A DNA stretch of 64,000 nucleotides from positions 64,001 through 128,000 of the forward strand of contig JAXCHI010000003.1 of assembly GCA_033977065.1 (NCBI GenBank), written 5' to 3'. Made by a program: the position numbers and the translations under genes. The DNA comes from Candidatus Algichlamydia australiensis (GTDB taxonomy: Bacteria > Chlamydiota > Chlamydiia > Chlamydiales > JAJFMI01). Shown here piece by piece: positions 44,581 through 53,469 of this stretch; position 1 is the first letter of the stretch, and every line of letters starts with the position of its first letter. The notes under the pieces were generated by a model. It was not told the origin of the DNA, did not search any database, and was given only the letters and a program-made list of their open reading frames with translations.

Positions 44581-45701
44581 TAGAACATATACCTACGGGT
44601 ATAGATACTCTGTAGGATACCGAGTGCCGCCATCGCAGTCAAGCTTGACGTTCCTCCATAGCTGACTAAAATTAAAGGTATGCCTGTAATAGGAAGTAGT
44701 GAGCACATCATTCCTAAATTCAAAATAATATGCACCCCCAAATAGACAGAAATTCCAGCCGCAAGCAGACGACCGTATGGATCAGGTGCTACCGCTGTTA
44801 CTCGAAACCCCGCGTAAAGCAGCAAACTAAACGCCAGAAGCATAAAAAGTGCTCCCATCAACCCAAACTCTTCAGTAAAAGCGGGAAAGATTGAATCTGT
44901 TGCTGCTTCTGGTAACCAGTTTTGTCCTGTATAACTACTTTTGCGATATCCCTTACCCTTCACTCCCCCAAGCGCAATCGCTGTTTGTGCCGCCCTTTGG
45001 TGGTATGTATCGGGATTCAGGCGCTCGTACTGGTACTCTTTAATAAATTTAGTTGCAAGCGGCTTCGCATCGGCGTGTGAAATCAGTCCCAAGTAGATGG
45101 TCAAAACAGCAGCTGTCCCCAGGCAAGCGCACCAAGCAACCGCTCTCACAACTTTTGGCATCACACCGCCAAAATAGAGCATCACAAGAGCAACGGGAAA
45201 AAGAACAAGGGCGGTACCCAAATCGGGCTGCTTTAAAATCAATACAAAGGGAATCATAACAAGGCCCATCGCCTGAAAAAATGTTTGCAAAGAGTGACGC
45301 TGATGCAATTTTTTTTCTAAAAAACTACTTAGGGTCAAAACCATAATGGGCTTTGCAAACTCTGAGGGCTGGAAATAAAAATTCACAACAGGTAGCCGGT
45401 ACCAGCGATGCACTCCATGCAAAGCAGGTAGAAAGTAAAGCCCGAGCAGAGAGAGCGTAATAAAAAAATAGAGAAACCAACTCCAAAACCGCAGCTTGCG
45501 GTAATCATAGCAAGCAAAAAAGAGAAAAACAGCCCAGCCCAAAACAAACGATTGCATCTGACTTTTCACCCTAGGCGTAAAAAAAGTCGTTCCCAACTGT
45601 CCCGTCGTTGCAGAAATAGCCATCAGACTCAAAACCATCAGAATAAGAATAATGGCGCACATACGAAAATCGAGTTTGCGCACCATTGTAAAATCGATCA
45701 T
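44580..45701 (-). CDS. rodA: Rod shape-determining protein RodA (SEDS)
   Basis: FQPSEFAK, QPDLGT, LPEAATD, PITGIPL..SYGG. Confidence 0.9.
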   Translation of the reverse strand: MIDFTMVRKLDFRMCAIILILMVLSLMAISATTGQLGTTFFTPRVKSQMQSFVLGWAVFLFFACYDYRKLRFWSWFLYFFITLSLLGLYFLPALHGVHRWYRLPVVNFYFQPSEFAKPIMVLTLSSFLEKKLHQRHSLQTFFQAMGLVMIPFVLILKQPDLGTALVLFPVALVMLYFGGVMPKVVRAVAWCACLGTAAVLTIYLGLISHADAKPLATKFIKEYQYERLNPDTYHQRAAQTAIALGGVKGKGYRKSSYTGQNWLPEAATDSIFPAFTEEFGLMGALFMLLAFSLLLYAGFRVTAVAPDPYGRLLAAGISVYLGVHIILNLGMMCSLLPITGIPLILVSYGGTSSLTAMAALGILQSIYTRRYMF

Positions 45702-45732
45702 AATCTAAATACTATCTGGAAGGAGTGTTGCA

Positions 45733-46413
45733 GTGCAAGTTGAGAAAATTCTCTTTGAAACTATTGATTCGACAAACAAGTGGGCAAAAGAGCATTTAAC
45801 AGAGCTCAAACCGGACACACTCTATGTTGTGCGCGCAGAAGAGCAAACCATGGGATATGGGCGCCGCGGTCATGATTGGATCTCCCCCAAAGGAAAAAAT
45901 CTCCTCCTAACCCTTGCTCTTTTACCAGAATCCCCAGCTCTTCTCACACACAGAATGTGTCTTAGCTTAGCGAAAACATTAGAGGAGTACTCTCTTCAGC
46001 CAAGAATCAAGTGGCCTAATGACCTCTTTTTAAACGGAAAAAAAATTGCAGGCGTTCTCTGTGAGATCCAAAATGGCATTGCTTACTTAGGTCTTGGTCT
46101 CAACGTTAATATGGAAAAGCAAGTTGACTTTGCCGCAACCTCACTACTAATTGAAACAGGTAAAGAGTTTGACCGAGATGAAGTAGAGCAAAAAATCATC
46201 GCAAATTTTCTGAAAACTGCGTTTGAAAAAACCCCCTATGAAGAGCGCATGATCTTTCTCAATCAGACAATCACCATCGAAGATGAGGGAAAATGGAAAA
46301 AAGGTATTTGTAAAGGGATCAATGAAAATGGAGCGCTACTTCTAATGATTGGCGAGAAGACACTGCCAGTTTTCACAGGTCGGGTGTTACCACCAAGTCA
46401 GGGTGGACTTTAG
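45733..46413 (+). CDS. birA: Biotin-protein ligase (no HTH domain)
   Basis: IDSTN, QTMGYGRRG, KWPND, KIAGVL. Confidence 0.93.
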   Translation: MQVEKILFETIDSTNKWAKEHLTELKPDTLYVVRAEEQTMGYGRRGHDWISPKGKNLLLTLALLPESPALLTHRMCLSLAKTLEEYSLQPRIKWPNDLFLNGKKIAGVLCEIQNGIAYLGLGLNVNMEKQVDFAATSLLIETGKEFDRDEVEQKIIANFLKTAFEKTPYEERMIFLNQTITIEDEGKWKKGICKGINENGALLLMIGEKTLPVFTGRVLPPSQGGL

Positions 46414-47089
46414 CGCGCAAAATTCCTTGAATTGCAGAGAGCGTGGAGCCCGTAGCTGCATAGCAAGTAACGCAAGCACCTTGATATGTGATCACAACCT
46501 CCCGATCCTCTTTCAAGTTTTTGACTTCCACTCCACCAGCGTCAAGCTCTACATAAGGAGCGACCTCTTCAGCGATCACATTTTTGATTAAGTCAATTTT
46601 TCCTTTGCTGTCCAGTAAGCCCCACTCTGGATGCGGCCCTTCACTTTCTAAATTTTCAACAGGAGATGTTTGAATGGGCCCTTCAACCTCAATGTCGTGG
46701 CAAAATTTTAATGCCTCATCAAGAAGAGAAAGAGAGAGGTTGATCTGCCCTGCCCCCTCCTCAGGAAATTCCCCGTAAAAATGTTCCAGCAATTTGCTAC
46801 TAATTCTTCCCGCTTGCACCACATTTTTGCGAATCGCAAGTTGACAGAGCGCTTCCAAAGCTGCAATGTGCAGGGGATCTCCCTGGCAAAGATAGCGCGC
46901 ATCTGCAATCACTCCATCCTCTTCATCAACCAAAAGAGAGAGCTTGGCATGAATAAAGCCTTCTTTCTCTTCTGCTTGTACAAGACGCATACAGCGCTTC
47001 TTTGCGCTCTCTTCTGAAAATGAGCCATAGCAGCGAGGCTGCAAAACTCGCTCTTTTAATTTTTTAGAAAATAGGCGCCAATTTAGCAT
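46373..47089 (-). CDS. nifU: NifU-like protein (degenerate U domain + NifU C-terminal CxxC)
   Basis: PYVELDAGGV, YQGACVTC. Confidence 0.85.
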   Translation of the reverse strand: MLNWRLFSKKLKERVLQPRCYGSFSEESAKKRCMRLVQAEEKEGFIHAKLSLLVDEEDGVIADARYLCQGDPLHIAALEALCQLAIRKNVVQAGRISSKLLEHFYGEFPEEGAGQINLSLSLLDEALKFCHDIEVEGPIQTSPVENLESEGPHPEWGLLDSKGKIDLIKNVIAEEVAPYVELDAGGVEVKNLKEDREVVITYQGACVTCYAATGSTLSAIQGILRAKVHPDLVVTPDL

Positions 47090-48132
47090 GGAGAGAGTTT
47101 TCCTAATTTAGTGCAACACTCCTGAATACGGTCAACTGCCTCTTCAATATCCTCTTCGCTCATCTCAGCTGTTATCGTAAAGCTCAGCGCATTTTTTTCT
47201 GGGAAAAGGGTTGCATAAAGTTTGTTATCGACAAGATAGTAGAGAAGCGCCTCTGCGTGAACTCCAGGAAATCGCATACAGCTTACCTGAGGTAAGCGCT
47301 CACTCTCTGCATAGAGCTTTTCTGCTTTTGGTAGCTGCTCCTCAAGCAAATTGCGCAAACGCGCCATCTCAAGAGAGGCAAATTCTGAGCGCTTGCGCAA
47401 CTCAAAAATCGCCTCTCCTATCGCAATAAGTTCTGCGGGACTTGCTGGAATTTTTGAAAGAGCAACATGAATAGGAGTGATAAATTTTTGAAAAAGTGCC
47501 CCTGTTCCCTTCGGTGCACCAATTGCCTGCCCCTCAAAACTCAAAAAATCTATCGGCAAATCTTCAAAACGAAAGAACATCTTTCCTAAAATCGCACTCG
47601 CATCTACATGCACATAGACGCCTTGATCGCGTGCAACTTTGGCGATCTCCCAAATGGGATAGATCACACCCGTTTTCTCATCTGCCCAAGGCAGAGAGAG
47701 TAAACAAGTGCGCGGCGAAATTGCTTTGGCAACCTGCTCAGGCGTAATCAACCCCTCTTCATTTGGCTCTACAATTTTTGTGACAACACCCGCTTTTGCA
47801 AATGGCTCAAACACCTTAGCATGAACGCGGGTTGTCAAAATATGATTGCGACCTGTCGGCTGAATCAAATCGAGGTAGAGCGCCTGACCAATTGCGTTTA
47901 GCGCCTCTTCAGTTGAAGAGATGAAAAAAAGTTGATCTTTTTTGCTCGCGCAGACGAAGCGGTGAACCTCATCAAACGTCTCTTCAATCAAGCGCCCCTC
48001 TCGCCCTTGCAAAGAGTAGGGCTGATCGAGCGCTTGAAAGTGGTCGCGCGAAAACGAAAGTAGAGCGTCGAGCGCCGCCCGATTGGGCTTCTGCGCTCCA
48101 TCAAAAAAAAGAGGCTTCATGTCTTTATCCAA
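47083..48132 (-). CDS. Divergent cysteine desulfurase-like (class V PLP fold) protein
   Basis: HVDAS, GAPKGTG present; PLP Lys and catalytic Cys motifs absent. Confidence 0.75.
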   Translation of the reverse strand: MDKDMKPLFFDGAQKPNRAALDALLSFSRDHFQALDQPYSLQGREGRLIEETFDEVHRFVCASKKDQLFFISSTEEALNAIGQALYLDLIQPTGRNHILTTRVHAKVFEPFAKAGVVTKIVEPNEEGLITPEQVAKAISPRTCLLSLPWADEKTGVIYPIWEIAKVARDQGVYVHVDASAILGKMFFRFEDLPIDFLSFEGQAIGAPKGTGALFQKFITPIHVALSKIPASPAELIAIGEAIFELRKRSEFASLEMARLRNLLEEQLPKAEKLYAESERLPQVSCMRFPGVHAEALLYYLVDNKLYATLFPEKNALSFTITAEMSEEDIEEAVDRIQECCTKLGKLSPC

Positions 48133-48803
48133 TCCCCATTCCGGTACTCATAAATCAAGGGGTGACCGGTAGGAATTTCCAACTCAAGAACTTCCTTTTC
48201 ACTTAAAGAATCGAGTTGCATTACAATCGATCGAAGGGAGTTCCCGTGTGCAGATATTAAAACATTTTTTCCCTTTTTTAGGTAAGGTAGAACCTTTTCT
48301 TGAAAGTAGGGCAACGTACGCTCTGCACAAATTTTTAAGCTCTCTCCGCCAGGTGGTGGCACATCATAACTGCGCCTCCAAATTTTTACTTGTTTCTCAC
48401 CAAATTTGGCGCGCATCTCATCCTTATTGCACCCCTGCAACTCGCCATACATGCGCTCATTCAAATGCCAGCTGCTCAAGACAGGAATCGTGGTCGCCTC
48501 ACTCGCCTCACTATAGATTTTCCCCCACTCCCCCATCTTCTCTTCGCCCTCATGAAGCAAACGAGGGATCTTGCCACTCTCGTGCACACTCATCGCCAGC
48601 ATCGCTGTTAGCGAAGCGCGCATCAGCTTAGAAATAAAGATGACATCAAAGGGAATATGAGCGATTTCACGCCCTGCCTGCAAAGCCTCTTCAATACCCT
48701 TAGGGCTAAGCGGAATGTCGACCCACCCCGTAAATAAATTGTTTTTATTCCACTCCGACTGACCGTGTCGTAGCAAGACTAGTTTAGGAAAATTTTGACT
48801 CAT
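48117..48803 (-). CDS. gpmA: 2,3-BPG-dependent phosphoglycerate mutase
   Basis: LRHGQSEWN, LNERMYG, AHGNSLR. Confidence 0.96.
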   Translation of the reverse strand: MSQNFPKLVLLRHGQSEWNKNNLFTGWVDIPLSPKGIEEALQAGREIAHIPFDVIFISKLMRASLTAMLAMSVHESGKIPRLLHEGEEKMGEWGKIYSEASEATTIPVLSSWHLNERMYGELQGCNKDEMRAKFGEKQVKIWRRSYDVPPPGGESLKICAERTLPYFQEKVLPYLKKGKNVLISAHGNSLRSIVMQLDSLSEKEVLELEIPTGHPLIYEYRNGDWIKT

Positions 48804-48836
48804 ACCTTGAAATGTACGAGTAAGAATCTTTTTATG

Positions 48837-49412
48837 CTATTCGTTTTGCGATTTCCCTCGCAAAATACCTAAATACGACTCTGGGATTTCAATGGAATTC
48901 ATCTCATTTAACTGAGGAAGTCTTTCTTGGGGATGGAAACGAAGGTTGCTAATATTTAAAACCTTTCCTAAAGCAGACTCTGTCGAGCCGGTAAATTGTG
49001 TACTCAACTTGTCCTTCAGGAAACGATCTAAAGATCTCTCTACTAAACCAGCAACTTTAAAACTTTTTGGAAAAATTTGCTGTAATTTCTCTATAGGAAA
49101 ATCTGATTGCAATCTCTCTAAAGTATTCAAATAACTCTGTTGTTTCTTTAGATCCTGGAGCAATACTCCCAAATAATTTGCGTAGACAACCATAGCCAAA
49201 TCTTCACCAGAAAATGAAGCCAATCGCTTTTGGTTATCTTGAATTACTCTCCGAAAAAAATCTTCAGGAGCCGATTCTTCTTTATAAGAAAAATTAAGTG
49301 AAGAGAGCGCAACCTTATTTAGCTCGCGACTCTCTGCAACAGTTTGAAATACCGAGTAAAAACTTTCCTCATCGCCGTGAACCTTATTTGGTGTATTTAG
49401 AGCTATTCCCAT
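48837..49412 (-). CDS. Hypothetical protein
   Basis: 191-aa ORF with AAGGA upstream; no recognisable motif. Confidence 0.55.
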   Translation of the reverse strand: MGIALNTPNKVHGDEESFYSVFQTVAESRELNKVALSSLNFSYKEESAPEDFFRRVIQDNQKRLASFSGEDLAMVVYANYLGVLLQDLKKQQSYLNTLERLQSDFPIEKLQQIFPKSFKVAGLVERSLDRFLKDKLSTQFTGSTESALGKVLNISNLRFHPQERLPQLNEMNSIEIPESYLGILRGKSQNE

Positions 49413-49458
49413 CGCAACTTCCTTATTTAATTATCACCTGTTTTGAAAGAACGGAATT

Positions 49459-50350
49459 GTGTCTGCATCTAATTTTGCAAATAGCAACCCTGATCTAAGT
49501 GAGCAAAACCGACACTCTTTTGATAGTAGCCATAATAGCGTGGTCTCTCTTAACGCAATCTCTAAAGCTAAAGGGATAAAGGGTTCCCTTCTTAGCTCCG
49601 CCAAAGGTGGAATTAGCGTTGGAATTGAAGAGCCTGTTCATGGAGGCGGTCTACTACAATTTTTCTTAGAAAGAAACAGCGAAGAAATTGAGAGTGAGTT
49701 AGCAAGCCTCTATCTAAAGTATTTCTCTTTACTCACTCGAACAACTCTAGTAGCAACTGCAAGGAAAAATGTCCTTTTGCAAAACGAAGATTTTATTCAC
49801 AAAGTTTCCGAAAGAACACATTTTACAGCACTTTTTATTTTGCAAGATATCGAAGTCGAGGGAGATGAAAGAGATAGTATTAGATAGCGTCGTCAAAAGC
49901 ATACAACCATCTTATTTTTCATGTTTGGGCTCCATTTTTGTGCTCAAATGAAGCGGAATTTACAAATTCAGCTTCAATTTCCGCACAAAAATAAGCTGCA
50001 AACATGAAAAATAATCTGATTATAGCCTTTTGACGACACTATCTAGTGGATGTCGAGAAACATCAAGAAGCTTCATTCCCCCTGAAAAAATATATAGAAT
50101 ACTTGTAAGTCAAAGGTTTGAGCAATCCCTCCATCCCCTTCAAGAAAAAGTTGTTTTTGTTCCAAGCATTAAAGAAAAGGTCGAATTTTCTTACAAGGAC
50201 GAACATGGAAATCCCCAAACTTTTTCTATTCCAAATCTATCCATTCCAAACTATCAAAGTATATTAGAAGAACTCTTTCAAAATCGTGTTTGTCAAGACC
50301 AACCTATTTATACTCATATGACAAGACTTCCTCTCCCTGAAAGTGAATAA
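49459..50350 (+). pseudogene. Hypothetical 242-aa gene split by a palindromic element
   Basis: Joining 49883 to 50047 fuses ORFs 49459-49887 and 50030-50350 in frame (..DSI-S-GCRE..). Confidence 0.75.
49884..50042. mobile_element. 159-bp palindromic MITE flanked by TTAG/CTAG
   Basis: ATAGCGTCGTCAAAAG / CTTTTGACGACACTAT; inner ttatttttcatgtttg / caaacatgaaaaataa. Confidence 0.85.
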
Positions 50351-50398
50351 TTTACTTACTATCTTTTTTTACCCCGAAATGGTAAAATCAAATGCCTA

Positions 50399-51103
50399 AT
50401 GGAACAGATGAGACTTGCCAAAGCTTTGGCCAAAGCAGGTGTCGCCTCAAGGCGCGCCGCAGAAGAGATGATCTTTCAAGGACTTGTGAAAGTCGATGGT
50501 AGGGTTGTGAAGATTCCCCAGACACCTGTGGCGTTTGGAGAAAACCGCATTGAAGTTCAGGGTAAAGTAGTCAAAAACGAAGAAAAAAAATTTTACTTCA
50601 TCCTCCACAAACCTAAAGGCTTTGTCTGCTCTAGTGCCGATCCTCATGCTAAAAAACTCGTTATCGATCTATTTGCCCATATTCCCGCTCGCCTCTTTAC
50701 TGTAGGCCGCCTCGATCGAGACAGTGTAGGCCTACTGATCGTAACCAATGATGGCACCTTTTCCAACAAGATCATTCATCCTTCAAGCAATGTTTTGAAA
50801 GAGTACATTGTGAAAGTCAAAGAGTTTGTTTCAGAAGAAGAACTTGCTGTGATGGCAAAAGGTTGTTTTGTCGATGGCAAATTTGTTCGCCCTGTTCATG
50901 TAAAAAAATTACGCACGAATCAAGTTAAGGTTGTTGTGCGTGAAGGAAAAAAGCGCGAGGTACGCTGCTTTGTGCAAAAGGCAGGGCTCACTATCGTCGA
51001 ACTCAAACGTACAGCAATTGGTGCCCTAAAACTGGGCCGCCTTCCTCATGGCCACTTTCGCGAAATGACGGCGCGCGAGATGGAATTGATCTTCGAACGT
51101 TAG
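50399..51103 (+). CDS. rluB: RsuA/RluB-family pseudouridine synthase
   Basis: S4 domain SRRAAE, VGRLDRDSVGL, EGKKREVR. Confidence 0.88.
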   Translation: MEQMRLAKALAKAGVASRRAAEEMIFQGLVKVDGRVVKIPQTPVAFGENRIEVQGKVVKNEEKKFYFILHKPKGFVCSSADPHAKKLVIDLFAHIPARLFTVGRLDRDSVGLLIVTNDGTFSNKIIHPSSNVLKEYIVKVKEFVSEEELAVMAKGCFVDGKFVRPVHVKKLRTNQVKVVVREGKKREVRCFVQKAGLTIVELKRTAIGALKLGRLPHGHFREMTAREMELIFER

Positions 51104-51193
51104 TCATTCTTTCCCGCTTCCTTATCGGGTTTAATTCAAAAATACACCAAATATAATTCAATAAAATAAATAAACAAAAACAAAAAAACTACC

Positions 51194-51222
51194 TTGTTTA
51201 ATTTGAATAATAATTGTATAAT
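51194..51222 (+). promoter_or_regulatory. Putative promoter of the two-gene island
   Basis: TTGTTT-N17-TATAAT in a very AT-rich intergenic region. Confidence 0.45.
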
Positions 51223-51244
51223 TAAATAAAAAATATTTTTATTT

Positions 51245-52312
51245 ATGATTACAACAAGAAACCTAATTAGACACCTTCCCGCTACAACTGTATTTCAAAA
51301 AAGATGGAATAGTGGCGATAAAAAAATTAAAGGAGTTATGGAGGAGAGTGGCTTTTTATACCAAAGTCCCTCTGAAAAACTAAAAACATTAGCAATGCAT
51401 TCTCGTGAAACTTATCAAGATGCAGGAATTAATGCTAAAAGATTAGAAACTTGTGAATTATTATTTCAAAAGAGGTTAGCACAGAGCGCACCACATATGC
51501 CAATTAAACCTTCTTTGATTTCTGAAAATCCAACATCTGAATTTTGGCACCGACACCATAAAGTACATGCACCGTTTAAAGATAGGACAGTAGAGTGCTT
51601 TCACACCGACAAAGAGCACGCAGTCCAAAATTTATCTAACCTTTTTAAGGAAGGAAAACTATGCATAGAAACCCCAAATGCTTATATCATTACACACGGT
51701 TGTGATAATAACGATGCTGGGCTAAAGGTGCGACTAAACTTAGAAGAGCTTTCAGTTAAAACTCATGGGATTGCCCTTGATATTTCGCTACACGCTTTGT
51801 CAATGTCAAGAGGGTTAGATACCCTTGTAAATGATGTAATGCCTACTTTTTCAAAATCGGATATTGTATTCCATGATCTCTATTCGGAAAACTCTAATAT
51901 TCACTTTCCCTCAAATTTTCAAAAGCTTGCATTAGCCTTTAGACTAACAGCCATATCTCCTATTCAGACGATTGTCTCCCTCACCAAAAAAATTATTTCA
52001 AGTAGTGACTTCTCTATAATAGCTTTTTTATCAGATGATGCTCTTACTATCAGCTCAATAATTGAAAGAGGTTACAAAAAAAAACGGGGAAGTGCTAATC
52101 TATCTGAGAATTTGGTCCTCCCCTACTATCAAGCAAACCAAGGTAGTACTCTGGGAGTGTGGGACGCAGGAAATATTTATAAGCTAGTGGATTTATGTGA
52201 TGGCAAAATCATTACAATGGACTCAGTTCGAGCATCTGACGACCATAACAATCCGATCAACGTAGTGTACGTAATAGTAGAAAATATCAACACAGTAGAA
52301 AGAAAAAGATGA
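51245..52312 (+). CDS. Hypothetical protein with mitochondrial-presequence-like N-terminus and divergent SAM-methyltransferase-like domain
   Basis: MITTRNLIRHLPATTVFQKRWNS; IITHGCDN, ALDISLHAL, IVFHDL motifs. Confidence 0.55.
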   Translation: MITTRNLIRHLPATTVFQKRWNSGDKKIKGVMEESGFLYQSPSEKLKTLAMHSRETYQDAGINAKRLETCELLFQKRLAQSAPHMPIKPSLISENPTSEFWHRHHKVHAPFKDRTVECFHTDKEHAVQNLSNLFKEGKLCIETPNAYIITHGCDNNDAGLKVRLNLEELSVKTHGIALDISLHALSMSRGLDTLVNDVMPTFSKSDIVFHDLYSENSNIHFPSNFQKLALAFRLTAISPIQTIVSLTKKIISSSDFSIIAFLSDDALTISSIIERGYKKKRGSANLSENLVLPYYQANQGSTLGVWDAGNIYKLVDLCDGKIITMDSVRASDDHNNPINVVYVIVENINTVERKR

Positions 52313-52719
52313 TTCAGTACCCAATTAGATTCCTTAGATCATTTAGCAGAGCATACTCTTCTGTGCGGCAAGTGCCGTTAGAGGCTTTTACAAAAAACCG
52401 TTCCGATCTAAATAAGCAAGATAAGTTTTTTCCACCTACTGAGCAAAGGAGAGAAGAGAGCAAAACAACTGAAAAAGAGTGGAATAGATTTATAAAAAAA
52501 CAGCGCGCCAGTATTGATGAAGCCTTTTATTCTCTAAATCCTTCGTCAAAAGAAAAACCTCCAAAATTTTTTCTTAAATCTGCCCCACCAACCTCTGTAA
52601 CCCGGCAAGACACACTTTTTCCATCTGCTGAGCAGCTCGAAGCAGCGGCAAACGATCCAGAAGCCGGAAAAAGTATCCGGGAATGGAATGCGTTTCTCCG
52701 AAAATTAGGTTCTGAATAA
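52309..52719 (+). CDS. Hypothetical protein with mitochondrial-presequence-like N-terminus and duplicated motif
   Basis: MIQYPIRFLRSFSRAYSS; two QD..FP..EQ...EWN.F repeats; ATGA overlap with upstream gene. Confidence 0.55.
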   Translation: MIQYPIRFLRSFSRAYSSVRQVPLEAFTKNRSDLNKQDKFFPPTEQRREESKTTEKEWNRFIKKQRASIDEAFYSLNPSSKEKPPKFFLKSAPPTSVTRQDTLFPSAEQLEAAANDPEAGKSIREWNAFLRKLGSE

Positions 52720-52776
52720 GAAACAGGCTCTTAACTCGAGAAAGCTCCTAGACAAAAATTTGATTTAGAAAGGATA

Positions 52777-53460
52777 ATGAAGTCTATGCGAACCATAGCA
52801 CGTCTCTTCGGTAAATCTCCCTTTGCCCCGCTGCAATCTCACATGAAGAAGGTCTCTTCTTGCATTAAAAAATTGAGCGAGATCATCCTTGCGCTCAAAG
52901 AGCAGGAGCAGCAAAAAATCAACCAGTTGGTTTCAGAGCTCTGCGATTTGGAACATGAAGCAGATCTGACCAAAAATGATATTCGCAACCATCTCCCCCG
53001 CTCTCTTTTTCTTCCCATTGATCGCTCTCAAGTCCTAGACATCCTGGCTCTGCAAGACGATATTGCAGATAAGGCAGAAGATATTGGAAACATCCTCGCT
53101 GTGCGACCTCTCCCAAAGATGAAAGAGATGGTCGGCCAGTTCACACAATTTTTTGAAAAAAATATTGAGGCTTTCTGGGATGTCCGCAATATCTTAAAAG
53201 AGATGGGCGAACTTTTAGAATCCTCTTTTGGTGGTGCTGAAGCCCAAAAGGTAAAAAAGATGGTGGAAAACACCTCTTTTAAAGAGCATGAAGCAGATGT
53301 AATGAAACGCCAAATATTAAAAGAATTTTTCGGCTTTGCCGACACATTAAAACCCACCGACTTCTACCTCTGGATCAACTTGATCGAAGAAGTCGGATCT
53401 CTCTCTCACCTGTCAGAGAGCTTAGCAAACCGCATTCGTATGATCCTGGAGCTAAAATAA
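52777..53460 (+). CDS. DUF47 (TIGR00153) phosphate transport regulator
   Basis: LFGKSPFAPLQSHM, LEHEAD, upstream of PiT. Confidence 0.9.
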   Translation: MKSMRTIARLFGKSPFAPLQSHMKKVSSCIKKLSEIILALKEQEQQKINQLVSELCDLEHEADLTKNDIRNHLPRSLFLPIDRSQVLDILALQDDIADKAEDIGNILAVRPLPKMKEMVGQFTQFFEKNIEAFWDVRNILKEMGELLESSFGGAEAQKVKKMVENTSFKEHEADVMKRQILKEFFGFADTLKPTDFYLWINLIEEVGSLSHLSESLANRIRMILELK

Positions 53461-53469
53461 TTTCACGCT

